NCBI GenBank assembly: GCA_964016885.1
Contig: CAXHJY010000660.1
Coordinates: forward strand, 1-64,000
Source of the DNA: Eledone cirrhosa
Taxonomy: Eukaryota
Direction of reading: 5' to 3'
Length of the DNA: 64,000 bases
The position numbers and the translations under genes are program-made. Under the pieces are notes generated by a model. It saw only the letters and a list, made by a program, of their open reading frames with translations, did no database searches and was not told the origin of the DNA. Shown here piece by piece: positions 37,526 through 51,009 of the stretch. Numbering within the stretch: the stretch's first letter is position 1; the number at the start of each line of letters is the position of its first letter.

Positions 37526-37901
37526 TTACTCCCCCCCCCCCTCCCCCGCAACATGGAATCTCCCTCTTTCGCTCTCTCTCATTTATACATACACACACAC
37601 ATATATATATATGTATGTGTGTGTAGCAATCCTATATGTTATAGTTGTGGGTGCAAACGAAATAAAATATCAACACATCCTGTGGAATTTGAGAATCTAT
37701 AACAGGCATGGACAACCCTTTTCGGCAGTGGGTTGCATAGGATGTGGTAAATCATAAATCGCATCGGACTACTAAAAAAACTCAAGGCCTAATTTTGAAA
37801 TTAGGCATGCCATTCAGAAAGCCTAGCGGGTGCAGTTTTATATAACGCTTAACTTCGTGTTTTCGTCTTGAAACTGTTATATATATATATATATATATAT
37901 A

Positions 37902-38058
37902 TGATTTCAACAGGACTAGAACTGTCTCATTTGTATGAAATCATCATTCCTGATGATTACATACGAATGAAACGGTTCCATTCCTGTCGAAGTCATTTCT
38001 ATATATAAATATATAATAAACATGCCTATACGCTACCACTGTCTTGAGTACCTTTTTT
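37902..38058. mobile_element. Short fold-back element with hammerhead-like core, copy 2 (putative Penelope pLTR derivative)
   Basis: ~46-bp imperfect inverted arms around TTCC; CTGATGA...GAAACGGTTC; downstream AATAAA. Confidence 0.55.
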
Positions 38059-38359
38059 AACTGTGGTTACTCCCGACACAACTCGGGAACACGCACACAA
38101 ATCAGTGTAATACGACTCTGATATATACACTCTGCATTGAGTGGTGCACACATTGATACCGCCTCCAGTAATCAACAAGACTACTGAACAACCTAAATTA
38201 ATGGGTGTGGGCTGTAAATTTCATTTTTCAATGCTATCATATACCTAACATCTAAAATATCTTAATCATTGTCAGTCATGCTAAATCATTTCAAGAAGCA
38301 TGTCTCAACTATTTTGTTTTCAGCTTAGTATATTTTATTATTGTGAACAATAAATAAAA

Positions 38360-38625
38360 ATTGTTTCTACATTTGGCATAAGCCCAAGAATGTGAAAAGA
38401 AGGAGGAATCGATTAAATCGACCTCAGTACGTTACTGGCAGTTTATTTTATCGACCCCGTAAGGATGAAAATAGATAAATAGTTTCTGAATTAGACTCAA
38501 GGCCAGCAGTTTTGAGGGAGGTGAAAGTCGATCAAATCGACCCCAATGCGTTATTGGTACTTTATTTTATCGCCCCCGTAAGGATAAAAGGCAAAGCTAA
38601 CGGCCGGCCGGGTTTGAACTCTTCA
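38360..38625 (-). mobile_element. Two tandem SINE fragments
   Basis: TTTATCGACCCCGTAAGGATGAAA core twice. Confidence 0.7.
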
Positions 38626-39604
38626 CTATTTTACTGATTCTCAGCAACTTCAAAATCCTACGTAAACGAGGTGCTAAAATATTTTCGTTATAGAGGTGAA
38701 ATGTTTAATTCTTATTGTTTTTAATGTGTTGAATGAATCTGGGCTTCAAGACGGTTGGAAATTGGTTAAAAAAAAAAAAAAAAAAAAAATCATTATTTAA
38801 TGAAGTTGTGAAACAAAAACTATATTTTAAATTAAACATGTCAAACTTAGAGTTCCCCGAGGGCCACATGGGTCACATATGTGTTGTCTGAGGGCCACAT
38901 GACAACTAATTGCTCACATTACAACTAATTTTATGAAGATAAAACATGCTCGTGCTGTAAAAACCTTTTGTGCGGGCCGCAGGTGTGCTTGTAAAGAGCC
39001 GCATGCTTGACATGCTTGCTCTAAATCACACAAAACATTTTAAATGTTAAAACTTCCATAAATATATTTTGTACTCCTGAGAATTCAAATCATCCCATCT
39101 AAACATTGTGTTGATTGCCTGCTTTGGATTATAAACGGGGTTTGGATTTTTGGCTATTTCTTAGACATAAAATAGATGGTCAGCTTATATTCAGATTGGC
39201 ATATATTCGTGTATATATGGTAAATACCTTCAATGCTATTGCTGCCATTATTGATGGCATGGACTCACTAGTTGTGAATAAAAAAAAAAAATCTTTTTAT
39301 TTGAAGCTTAATAAATGGAAGAATTTTAAGGTCATCTGGTTGAGAGATTTACATGATGAGATAGAATGAATGGTTTGTGAAGTTGTTTTTAGAAAATATT
39401 GTTTATGATCACAGGATTTATTGATATTCAATATAATGACACCAGGTTTAAAGTAATAATCACTGGAGCGAACACTCTTCCAACATGTATTTAAATTTAA
39501 TATTCCTCCAATACTTCAAAGTTGTTTTACTGATAGAATTTTTTCATACTTTAGTTAGATTTTATTGATCACTTATTTCAATTGACTTTCTTGTTGTTTT
39601 GGCG

Positions 39605-40170
39605 ATCATCATCATCATTTTACACCCGTTTTCCAAGACAAGTTGGATAACCAGGCTTTGCTCATATGTTCCATATTTTGGCATGTTTTCAACGGTTGGT
39701 TGCCCAATTCTAATGCTATCTACTTTAGAGAGTACTGGGTACAATTTATTGTGGAACCTTCACCATCACTACAGTATGTTCTAGGTGTATTTTAATTGTT
39801 GCATTAGCACCACCACTTTACTGAATGTACTGTGTGTGCTTTATCGTAGCACCAGCACAACTACCACCACTTTAGAGTGTATCCTGGGTGTATTTTATTG
39901 TATCACCATCACCACTTTACTGAGTGTTCCGGGTGTATTTTATCTTAGCACCATTTTACAGAGTGTCATGTATATTTTGTTGTGGCATAAACACCACTTT
40001 ACAGAGTATCCAGGGTGTGTTATAGTGGCACCAGCACGGAGCTGGATCAGATGCTACACTATCCTTAAAAGGATGAAAGGCATAGTTGGTTTTGGTGGGA
40101 TTTGAACTCAGAACACAGACCTGAACTGTTTAGTTGGACGTGCTAGCGATTTTGCCAATTTATGGCCATT
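39605..40170 (-). mobile_element. SINE with RTE-type tail and tandemly amplified ~45-bp tail motif
   Basis: (CAT)n tail at 39607; CACCACTTTAC(A/T)GAGTGTA recurs ~7 times; head GGATTTGAACTCAG at 40099. Confidence 0.55.
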
Positions 40171-40744
40171 CATCATCTTACTTTCATTTAACTCATACCA
40201 TCCTCTAATGATGTAACAGAAAATATAAAAAAAAAAAACCAGATTTAATTCAAATGTTCATAGTATCTTTACTAGTGGACATATTGTTGGGAACATTTCC
40301 AATATTAGAATAAAAACTTTAATATTTACCATGATGCAGTCATAGTACTGTTATGTAATTTTCAAGAATGTCTTAATGTGGTTTCGTGTGGTACAGGTTG
40401 TTGATTTTTTTTTTCTTCTATGGTACTTTCTTACAAGTGTGAACTGTTAACACACCTACTGTATGAATGGAAACCTGCTACTACATGTACTTCTAGTAAA
40501 ACTTTTTATGGCTTCACTCACTTTCAAATATCGAGGGTGTTATTGATGATGTGCTATTTACTTGTAGCTTAGAATATGTGTAGTGTCTTTGAAATAACTG
40601 TATTGGAAAGTTTAGATACTTGTATAGATTTTATATCAATTAAAGAATTATTGAATTTTTAAAAGTAAAAATAATTGACCTTGTCTGTTCATTCAAGTTG
40701 TAAGACTGTAAATATTCTTCATTAATATAATTCTAATAATTAAT

Positions 40745-40922
40745 TGTTTCTACTTTTGGCACAAGGCCAGCAATTACCCAGTGCATTACTGGTACTTTAT
40801 TTTATCGACCCCGTAAGGATGAAAGGCAAAGTTAGCCTCAGCGGGATTTGAACTCAGGATGGCAAGGACCGTAACTCTTTGCGTCAAAGCATGGCGACCG
40901 ACTCTCTACCGATACTGCCAAT
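40745..40922 (-). mobile_element. SINE
   Basis: Reverse match to 55890-56076; related copies at 42930-43140, 46845-47020, 52265-52445. Confidence 0.75.
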
Positions 40923-41127
40923 TAATATTATGAATTATTAATGTATTAACTTAAGTATTGGGTCACTGTTTGATGAGGCTTGTTTTTTTAGACTGATATC
41001 ATTTTCTTTTGAAGAGGTCATTTAACATGTAAAAAAATTACAAGGAAATGTTTTCTAAAGCTGTCATTTGTTCTCTGTAGTTCTAGTTAACTTCAGTTAA
41101 CAGGACAATGTGTGTAGTGTTATGTCA

Positions 41128-42629
41128 TTCATGTTAACTGAAGTTGTCATGTACACTGTAGATCTGGTTAACACTACACACTGTCATGGTAACTGAAGTC
41201 ATGCTATGTACACTGTAGATCTGGTTAACACTACACACTGTCATGTTAACTGAAGTTATGTCATGTACACTGTAGATCTGGTTAACACTACACACTGTCA
41301 TGTTAACTGAAGTCATGCTATGTACACTGTAGATCTGGTTAACACTACACACTGTCATGTTAACTGAAGTCATGCTATGTACACTGTAGATCTGGTTAAC
41401 ACTACACACTGTCATGTTAACTGAAGTCATGCTATGTACACTAGATCTGGTTAACACTACACACTGTCGTGTTAACTGAAGTCATGTTATGTACACTGTA
41501 GATCTGGTTAACACTACACACTGTCATGTTAACTGAAGTCATGCTATGTACACTGTAGATCTGGTTAACACTACACACTGTCATGTTAACTGAAGTCATG
41601 CTATGTACACTAGATCTGGTTAACACTACACACTGTCGTGTTAACTGAAGTCATGTTATGTACACTGTAGATCTGGTTAACACTACACACTGTCATGTTA
41701 ACTGAAGTCATGTTATGTACACTGTAGATCTGGTTAACACTACACACTGTCATGTTAACTGAAGTCATGTTATGTACACTGTAGATCTGGTTAACACTAC
41801 ACACTGTCATGTTAACTGAAGTCATGTTATGTACACTGTAGATCTGGTTAACACTACACACTGTCATGTTAACTGAAGTCATGCTATGTACACTGTAGAT
41901 CTGGTTAACACTACACACTGTCATGTTAACTGAAGTCATGCTATGTACACTGTAGATCTGGTTAACACTACACACTGTCATGTTAACTGAAGTCATGCTA
42001 TGTACACTGTAGATCTGGTTAACACTACACACTGTCATGTTAACTGAAGTCATGTTATGTACACTGTAGATCTGGTTAACACTACACACTGTCATGTTAA
42101 CTGAAGTCATGCTATGTACACTGTAGATCTGGTTAACACTACACTCTGTCGTGTTAACTGAAGTCATGTTATGTACACTGTAGATCTGGTTAACACTACA
42201 CACTGTCATGTTAACTGAAGTCATGTTATGTACACTGTAGATCTGGTTAACACTACACACTGTCATGTTAACTGAAGTCATGCTATGTACACTGTAGATC
42301 TGGTTAACACTACACACTGTCATGTTAACTGAAGTCATGCTATGTACACTGTAGATCTGGTTAACACTACACACTGTCATGTTAACTGAAGTCATGCTAT
42401 GTACACTGTAGATCTGGTTAACACTACACACTGTCATGTTAACTGAAGTCATGTTATGTACACTGTAGATCTGGTTAACACTACACACTGTCATGTTAAC
42501 TGAAGTCATGCTATGTACACTGTAGATCTGGTTAACACTACACACTGTCATGTTAACTGAAGTCATGCTATGTACACTGTAGATCTGGTTAACACTACAC
42601 ACGTTAACTGAAGTCATGCTATGTACACT
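41128..42629. repeat. 57-bp tandem satellite, ~26 near-identical copies
   Basis: Unit GTACACTGTAGATCTGGTTAACACTACACACTGTCATGTTAACTGAAGTCATG(C/T)TAT. Confidence 0.97.
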
Positions 42630-43879
42630 TAAATAATTTCTTTTCAAAGACAATATTTTGAAGATATCTATGATTAAGTAGTTTTTGTTTTTGTTGCCTC
42701 ATTTCCATAATAACCTCTACTGTAGGAAGCAAGGAACAAAAACCAAGAAACTTTGTATGACTAAATATGAATATAATCAGTTACATATTAACTCCTATCT
42801 TTTATGAAAACATTTTAACTCTTTACATAGCAACCCATCTGGAACTGGCTGTAGTTTAATAAATACAAAACCTCAAATTTGTAAAGTGCTCATTGTTTCA
42901 ATTAAGACTTGCAATTAAATCTTAATAATTCTAACATTGGCACAAGGCCAGCAATATGGGTGAAGGGGCAAGTCGAATATATTGACCCCAGTATTTAATT
43001 GGTACTTTATTTAATAAACCCCAGAAGGATGAAAGACAAAGTTGACTTTGGGAAGATTTGGACTCAGAATGTAGAAAACTATAATAAATACACAAAAACA
43101 TTTCCCCCGACTCTACTAATACTTCCAATCCACCACCCACAATCTTAATACTGAAAAGGTAATTTATTTTGCAGATCCTTTAAGATTCTTTATTTTCAAA
43201 ATCCATTGATGCATGTATAGTGTACTTTATGTGAAATAAATAACAAAAGCATTAAAGGATTTCTTAGTGTGACAAATGTCATAGATACTGCAACTGTCAA
43301 ACTCTAAAAAAAAACTTTGCTGGTTTTAATTTTCTTTGTAGTTTTCTCTTATAAGGGTTAAATAGACCCTCAGATGTGAATATTTGCATTTATTTTATTG
43401 TGGCACCAATGTCACCACTTTTCAGGGTATACTGGGTGCTTTTTATCATTGCGCTAGCACTAGAGAGGTTGTTATATCCTCTTTAGAGCTAAAAAAGGAT
43501 TATCAACCCAATGCTGAGTACACTGGGTGATTTTCATTGCAACACCAACACCAATGATTTCGTGTAGAACGTCTGTATATACGTGCGTATTTATAACTCC
43601 AGACCAACCCTCATTGAGCTATCAGATGATCAAAAGTATTCCACTTATGACCATTCTTTCCATTCAGACATAGTGTATCCCTATGACCCAAGATATATTC
43701 CATTTTTAAGTCAGTAGGGTGTGATTTGAGGGAAGTTTAGTAACTATTTTTAGCACGATGTTGACCCATCCTTAAGTAGATATTACTAGATATTATGGCA
43801 CAAACCCTAAATCAACCTTATAGCCTAATAATTCATACTTTAATAACGAGTCTGTATCATCACTTATATATTTATATTC

Positions 43880-44292
43880 TTTAACTGGTTTCAGTCATTA
43901 GACTTTGTCCATTCTGGGGCACCGCCTTCAGGAGAATTTAGTCTTTTACTTGTTTCAGTCATTAGATTGTGGTCCTGATGGGACACTGCCTTCTTTTAAC
44001 TGCGGCTATACTGGGGTACTGCCTGAAAGTAATTTAATCGATCATATCCAACCCCAATACTTATATTCAAGTCTGGTATTTATTTTATCAATTTCTTTTT
44101 GTCGAACTACTAAGTTACGGTACATAAACACACACAAACACATCTTACGCATACCAAAATTTCACTACTAAAGCATTCGTCAACTTAGTTATAGTTGAAG
44201 GCACTTGCCCAAGTTACCGCATAGTGGGACTGAACCCAGAACCTGCGTGGTTGCGAAGGGAACTCCTTAACCACACAGCCATGTCTGCGCCT
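43880..44292 (-). mobile_element. tRNA-derived SINE (second family)
   Basis: TTTCAGTCATTAGACT...AGTGGGACTGAACCC...TTAACCACACAGCCAT; related copy at 34730-34935. Confidence 0.7.
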
Positions 44293-44640
44293 ATGCTATA
44301 AAATCCCACATTCACCCCTGCCGCCACACACACAAACAAACAAACAAACGAAACTAACTAGCTTTAATTACAAACTAGGATTAAAGAATATGTTAAAGTA
44401 TGGTGATTTAATTAATCAAACTTCATTACATGATTTAAAAAAAAAGAAAAATTAACTGTGATCAAATATTTGATGGGGTTGAAACTGTTCTTTCGTAGCT
44501 ATGTTTTCAGTCTCGTTAAAAGAAAACAAAATTGTCTTTATATTTTTGAATAGTTGAACTATAGATTCCAATAACATTTTATTAATAAAAAAAAAAAAAA
44601 ATTGTAAATCTATTTCAAACAACAACACTACATATATTTA

Positions 44641-44768
44641 AAAACGGAGAATGAAGGGAAAGACAAGGGCTCTAGGGTCACAGAAGAATGCGAGGGTAGA
44701 GGGCGGTGGGCTCTGGGCTTAGGGAGCGACGGTGATGGGGCTGCGCCTTGCGGACAAGACCGCAAATT
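44641..44768 (+). other. Candidate non-coding first exon
   Basis: Unique GC/CpG-rich ~130 bp ending at ATT|GTAAGT donor; start is approximate. Confidence 0.4.
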
Positions 44769-45072
44769 GTAAGTGGTGTGTATACAGACACGTAAACACA
44801 GACAGACACACACACAGGCAGTGAGTGGAAGAAGGAGAGAGAGAGAGAGACACACATGTATATACATGTGCTTATATGTTGGGTAGGTTGACTCTATTCA
44901 CTGTTCCTATTTCGGTTTAGTTTTTTTTTTCTCACACTAAATACGATCGGCTGTCAAGCATGGGAATTACAGTTGCTTTTGTATCTTTGCTTTATTGTCG
45001 TTGTTGTAACTGTTGTGCGTGAACGTAACATTTGCTTTGCTCTCTTTGTTACCAAAAATATTTTCATATTTA

Positions 45073-45143
<71 letters not shown>

Positions 45144-45487
45144 CGTGTGCAATCTAGTTTGAAAATATTTTTATTAATGATCAAGTTAAATATAAATTAA
45201 ATATAAACCTAAATATATTTATACACGTAAAATACGACGGGAAATGTGATAGAACCACCTACGTGAATCGAATTATGTATCTATTGTGTGTGTGTGAAGG
45301 TGTGTTCCATGTACAGGTGTTAACTCAATGAGCACTCAATGTATGAGTGCAGAGTATAAGGTTTACACAGTCTGGTTGGGAAAAATGGGGTTCGAAGTTT
45401 CAGCTTTGATGTCTCGTGTTGTGTGTATGCGCGCAGCAGCAGCAGCAGGTACATAGAAATCTAAAAATCTAGTAGAGAAGTAATATA

Positions 45488-45662
45488 CAGTGAAATTCCG
45501 TTATAACGAAATTCATGGGGTATAAAAAGAAATTTGTTGTAACGAAAAATTATTTATAACGAGATTGACCTAACACATCTAGAGTGTGGCCAAGGATTGA
45601 AAAATTATTTGTTATACTGAAAAATTGTTATAATGGTATACGTTATAACAGAATTTTAGCTG
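45488..45662. mobile_element. pogo/Tigger-like MITE
   Basis: TA|CAGTGAAATTCCGTTATAACG...CGTTATAACAGAATTTTAGCTG inverted ends. Confidence 0.75.
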
Positions 45663-46052
45663 TTTTATTTCTTATGCTGGCATGGGTTGGCTGAGACTTT
45701 TTGGGGCAGTTATGTTTGTTTGTTTGTTTGTTTTTTTAAGTATTGCGAGAGAGAAAGAGAGAGAATTTGCAGACATAGAAAAAAATATTAAGGAGCCATC
45801 TCTTTTCGTGGCCAGTTTCACATGCCGGCCTCACCCTTGGTGATGGTAAGCACCTAGACAAGATAACTCTTTTTCTGTTCAAGGGAAGTAAATTTCTAAT
45901 CTGGGAGAACATATGCTGCGACATGTTCTCCGCTTCCAATCCGGTTGCTTTAGGCACTGTTGCACATAACTTAGAGGAGAGGAGGATAGCCAAATACCAA
46001 AAATTGACTGACCACTTCCTTTTTGTGGTAGTTAACTGTTGGGACTTCTGTT

Positions 46053-46400
46053 GACCTCAGTCCCAAATCTGCTGTCGAGACCTTTGGTGACCGCAGTCCC
46101 CAAACTGCTGTCGAGACCGCTGATGACCTCAGTCCCCAAACTGCTGTCGAGACCGCTGATGACCTCAGTCCCCAAACTGTTGTCGAGACCGCTGATGACC
46201 TCAGTCCCCAAACTGCTGTCGAGACCGCTGATGACCTCAGCTCCCCAAACTGCTGTCGAGACCGCTGATGACCTCAGCTCCCCAAACTGCCATTGAGACC
46301 GCTGATGACCTCAGTCCCCAAACTGCCATCAAGACCGCTGAAGACCTCAGTCCCCAAACTGCCATCAAGACCTCTGGTGACCTCAGTCCCAAAACTGCTG
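46053..46400. repeat. 36-bp minisatellite, ~9.5 copies
   Basis: GACCTCAGTCCCCAAACTGCTGTCGAGACCGCTGAT. Confidence 0.93.
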
Positions 46401-47049
46401 CTCTCTTCTGCAAAATTGGGAGGAGTATATCCTGCCAGAGGAAGGAGTGACTGATGCAGTGACTGTTGCTGGCTGTTCTCTATGGCAATGCCTTCATCAA
46501 TTTATCTGCTGAGCACAGCTGAGATATAGTGCCAAGACTGGTGTGTTGAGCATACTGCTCTCTCTCCCCCTTAAATAAGTCTTTTGACCTTTGCAGGAGG
46601 ATATGGACAAGGAATATATTTTCATATATTTTTATTTTTTAAAAGTACTTCTGGATTATATTTTAGTAAAATATCCTAGATTTGATACACAAATGTGAAA
46701 ATATTGTATAGGTGACTGATGTTTCATTATAGTAACTTTTATATTTCAACTGAACCAGTAAAATACTAGGGCTGATTTTCCTTTCATCTCGAACTTTGCT
46801 GCCCTTGATCTTAAATTAGAAATAATTTTATTTTTATTATTTGCTAGTAGCTTAGAAGTGCTGGATAACATGTTTTGCAGTATTTACTCTGGCATTTTAT
46901 GTTCTGAATTCAGATCTCATGAGGTCAACTTTGCTATCCTTCTGGAGTCATTAAAGCAGTAGGGTCGATTTAATTAACTTTCCTCTTTTACAAAACTTCT
47001 GGCTTTGTGCCAATGCTAGAATTATGATCTGTAATCAGTTAAGAGCATG

Positions 47050-47106
<57 letters not shown>

Positions 47107-47210
47107 ATAAAAAAAAAACTATGATCCAGGCATCGGGGTGGAAGTTTTTGTGAGGATAGCATAATTATAAATTGTGACTATTTGTGGCTTTCATAAGAAC
47201 ATTTACAATG

Positions 47211-47740
47211 TACCATATGTATTCGAATATTAGCTGATCTGAATATAATCCCCACCACCATTTTATGTCTGAGAAATAGGCAAAACTCTAAACTCCTTTT
47301 ATAAACCAAGGCATGTAATCAACACATTGTTTAGATGGTGCGGTTTTGAAATTCCCATAAAGTTTAATATTTTGATATTTAAAATGTTGCTTAGTTTTTG
47401 TTACACAACTCCATTACATAATGATTTTTTTTTTTTTTTTTAACCACTTTCTAACCATTTCAAAGGTGATATATTCATTCAAAACGCATCAAAAACAATA
47501 GGAAATATGAATTTCGCCTCTGAAGTAAAACCAGTATATTATTTACCCCCAAAGCAAAACTGGTGTAATATTCAGCCCCCAACAAAGCAAAAATATTTTA
47601 ACACCTTATTTACGTAGAATTTTTAAGTTGGTGAAAACCAGCAAAATATTCACCTCGAATATAAGTTGAGCCTCCATTTTACGATAATTTTTTTTTTTTT
47701 TTTTTTTTTTTTTGTCACATATTCCTCAGTTTATATACGG
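47211..47740. mobile_element. Tc1/mariner-type MITE
   Basis: TACCATATGTATTCGAATA...TATATACGG ends; collinear with 22518-23217. Confidence 0.6.
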
Positions 47741-50322
47741 GAAGTGAAATTAACTGACTTAGTAGGGCTAGAAGCTGATAATTTCATGTAAAACCTTTGT
47801 TCTAAACACCGGCATAAAGAGAAAGTTAGTTATGTTATTAAATTCCTCCAAATCCTTGATTATTTTAAAGATTTGAAAACTATAGGCAGTGCCTTTTATT
47901 AGAAATATTGGGAGGAAATGTTTAACTCTTTATAATTTCAAACCAGCTGAAGCTGCACCTGGTTCTGCAATACAAAACTTTGTTTTAAAGTGTTTATATT
48001 TATCTGAAACCCTATCAACATAATTTGTGTTGTGTGTGTGGTGTTCTTGTGAGGCAGGTGGTATGGCTGTGGTGTGTGTGTGTGTTGTGTGTATGTGGTG
48101 TGTGTATGTATGTGTGTGTGTGTGTGTGTATATATTCAATAAACTACTAAACAGGCTCCTGTTGATAGAAATCACCAGCTTGTCATCTTCAGTTCCACTA
48201 GTTATCTTCAATCTTACGTTCTTAGTCTGTATATGTGTGGATATATATTCTTAGTCTGTATGTGTGTGGATATATATTCTTAGTGTGTATATGTGTGGAT
48301 ATATATTCTTTGTGTGTATATATGTTCTTAATGTGCATGTGTGGATATATGTACATATGTGTGCATGTGTGAATGTTTTAAAAGTGCATGTGTGTGTCCA
48401 TGTATGGATATATGTATATGTGTGCATTGCTGATGCATGTGGATAAGTCTGCATGTGTGTGCATATGTGGATATATTCTTAGTCGACATGTTTGTATATG
48501 TGGATATATGTAGATTAGTGTACATGTATGTGCACATGTGTATATGTTTTTAATGTGCATGTGTGTATATATGTACAAATGTGATGAAATCTGGATATAT
48601 ATACATATGTGTTCGTGTGTGTGTGTGTGTGCGCATATGTGGATGTTCTTAATTTTCACTTCTTTAGCATTTCTTGAAGGAAGTTGTTACAACATGCCAT
48701 TTGTATTGAGTTAACTGAACGGAACCAAATATATTTCCGCTATAAACTTGATACTTTACGGCCTATGAAAAGAAGGAACTAGACAGACTTTTCTATATAT
48801 CAGTGAAGGCTTAGTGGTTAGTGTGTTGGACTCACCACAATCATAAGGTCATGGGTTTGATTCCTGGACTAGATGGAAAGTTCTTGAGCTAGACACTTTA
48901 TTTCATGCTGATTTTCATATGACTATGACCCCTATCGTTAAACCACCGAAGAAACTTTGTCGGTTGCCAGCTAAACCTGAATAGGTGTGAGCAGCAATTT
49001 CCTTCTTTTTTTTTTTTTTCACTCCCCAAGCAGAACTAAAAATATTTCTGCTATATATTTAATACATTAGTTTATGAAAAGAGGGAATGATGTTTTTTTC
49101 TATGTCTGCAAATTCTCTCTCTTTCTCTCTTTCTCTCTCGCAATACTTAAAAAAACAAACAAACAAACAAACATAACTGCCCCAAAAAGTCTCAGCCAAC
49201 CCATGCCAGCATAAGAAAGTAGATGTAAAAATAATTGTTAGGTGATGAATGAGTGTATTTAGAAGGTGAAAATTGTGTATGTATGAGGAGTTATTTGATT
49301 TATCAGGATAGAAATTCTATTGTAAGTAAAGAATGGTAAACATTTTAAAATTGGTTTCTGTAAGTTGAAAATGTGAGAGTTCATTGCTCTTTGCCAATTA
49401 ATGGTGGCCCTCAGTTGTATCTTATTCCTTATACCAGACATTTCTAATAAATTCTGACAGCACCAGCATTGATTTGTAATCTTTGAAGAATTTCACATAT
49501 CAAATTAGAGCAAAGCCTAGAATCTGCATATGAAGTGTTGTGTATGTGGAGAGAAGGAGAAAATTTTCCCCGTTTTTTTTTTAATCCTGGGAAATTTCAC
49601 TAGTAGTATTAGTTTAACAATTTTGATAACAACCCACAGGAGACTGCCTCCAATTCTGAAAAAAAAGAAGGCAAAAAAGATTGCCTGTTTTAATGTCATA
49701 TTTAAATTAACTCTTTAACTTCTTTTAATGCATGAAACAACATTAACAAAACATTGTTTTAAAAGTACAAAACAGCACTATGACTGCTTCACATTAGAAA
49801 TTGAAGCATTTACTTAATTTACTGCAAATTTTCACAATGCTGTCTATCAACTAGTAAAAATTCTATTAACACGTTTTTAGGTACTTTCTGCCAAAACATT
49901 ACAGGATGTTCTGTGTTAATTAATCATTTTACATTTGCAACATTATTTCCAGAAAAAAAAAATGACTACACCACATTGAAAATTAGTCTTTATTCTAATA
50001 CAGCAATCTATACACCAATAGATACTTTAAGCATTTGAATTAACAAACCTGTTTTTAAACATTTTCTGCCGAATTATTACTTTCTTTGTCATGATTTTAT
50101 GTAAAAACCTTTGGTCAGTTATTTCCCAAACATCAGCTTAATAAGAAATTAAATATTTTATTAAATATTTCTCAATTCCTGGTTTATTTTCAAAATTAGT
50201 TGAAACACATAAATGGTTTATTTCACTATAAATATAGTCATAAGAGTTAAGTATTGTTGATGCTATTCATGTGAAGTTAGCATTGTAAGATCTGTTTATT
50301 GTAATGTCCATTATCATACCAT

Positions 50323-50665
50323 GGAGGCATATAGCTTAGTGGTTAGAGCATTGGCCTTGCAATCGAAAGGTTGTGAGTTCAATTCTCGGACTGGGTGATG
50401 TGTTGTGTCCTTGAGCAAGAGACTTTATTTCACATTGTTCCAGTTTACTCAGCTGTAGAAATGAGATGATAGGGACTGAGGTCCCTATCATTCCACTGCA
50501 AAGTGGTCGTGGAGGTGCCACGGCAAAAAAAGCACCCAGCACTCACTGTAAATGTGGTTGGTGTTAGGAAGGGCATCCAGCTGTAGAAATGAAGCCAGTA
50601 TCAGTTCCCGTCGCACCCTTGCAAGCAGGGAAAAGTGGACGTAAAATGATGATGATGATGATGAT
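50323..50665 (+). mobile_element. Full-length tRNA-derived SINE with RTE family 2-type 3' tail
   Basis: A-box TAGCTTAGTGG, B-box GAGTTCAATTC, core, tail matching reverse complement of ~19085-19200, (GAT)n end. Confidence 0.88.
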
Positions 50666-51009
50666 ATCAGCATGGGTTGCTCAAACAGCATCACACTACT
50701 TATGATAGTTCTTTAATAAACACAAGAGCAGAGAAAACCTCCAGTCTTTTGTTGTTACATCTGTCATCTGTTTTTGGCAATTTCTTACACTTCACTACAG
50801 CATGAACTTAATACAAAGATATTTATATAAAAGATATTGTAACTATTCTGGTATTGAATTGACTTCTTATAACTATTGTTGCTCTTCTCTTTAACCCTTT
50901 TCTTGCCATATTTTTAATGAAAGACACTGCATATGATTTTCTAAGAACTTTGAAAATAATCAAGAATTTGGAGGGATTTAGTAATATAACTAACTTTCAA
51001 TATATATAA

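Larger units (their letters stand above)
37703..39018. mobile_element. hAT (Charlie-like) non-autonomous element with nested insertions
   Basis: CAGGCATGGACAA...TTGACATGCTTG imperfect TIRs; flanks ATCTATAA/CTCTAAAT resemble the NTCTAGAN target. Confidence 0.55.

Noticed and set aside
41128-42629. CRISPR-like array or 347-aa repeat protein
   Set aside because: Head-to-tail 57-bp units without unique spacers, no cas genes, eukaryotic context; frame broken by 2-bp deletions
50323-50395. tRNA gene (GCA anticodon-like loop)
   Set aside because: No acceptor stem; continues into SINE core and tail; multicopy
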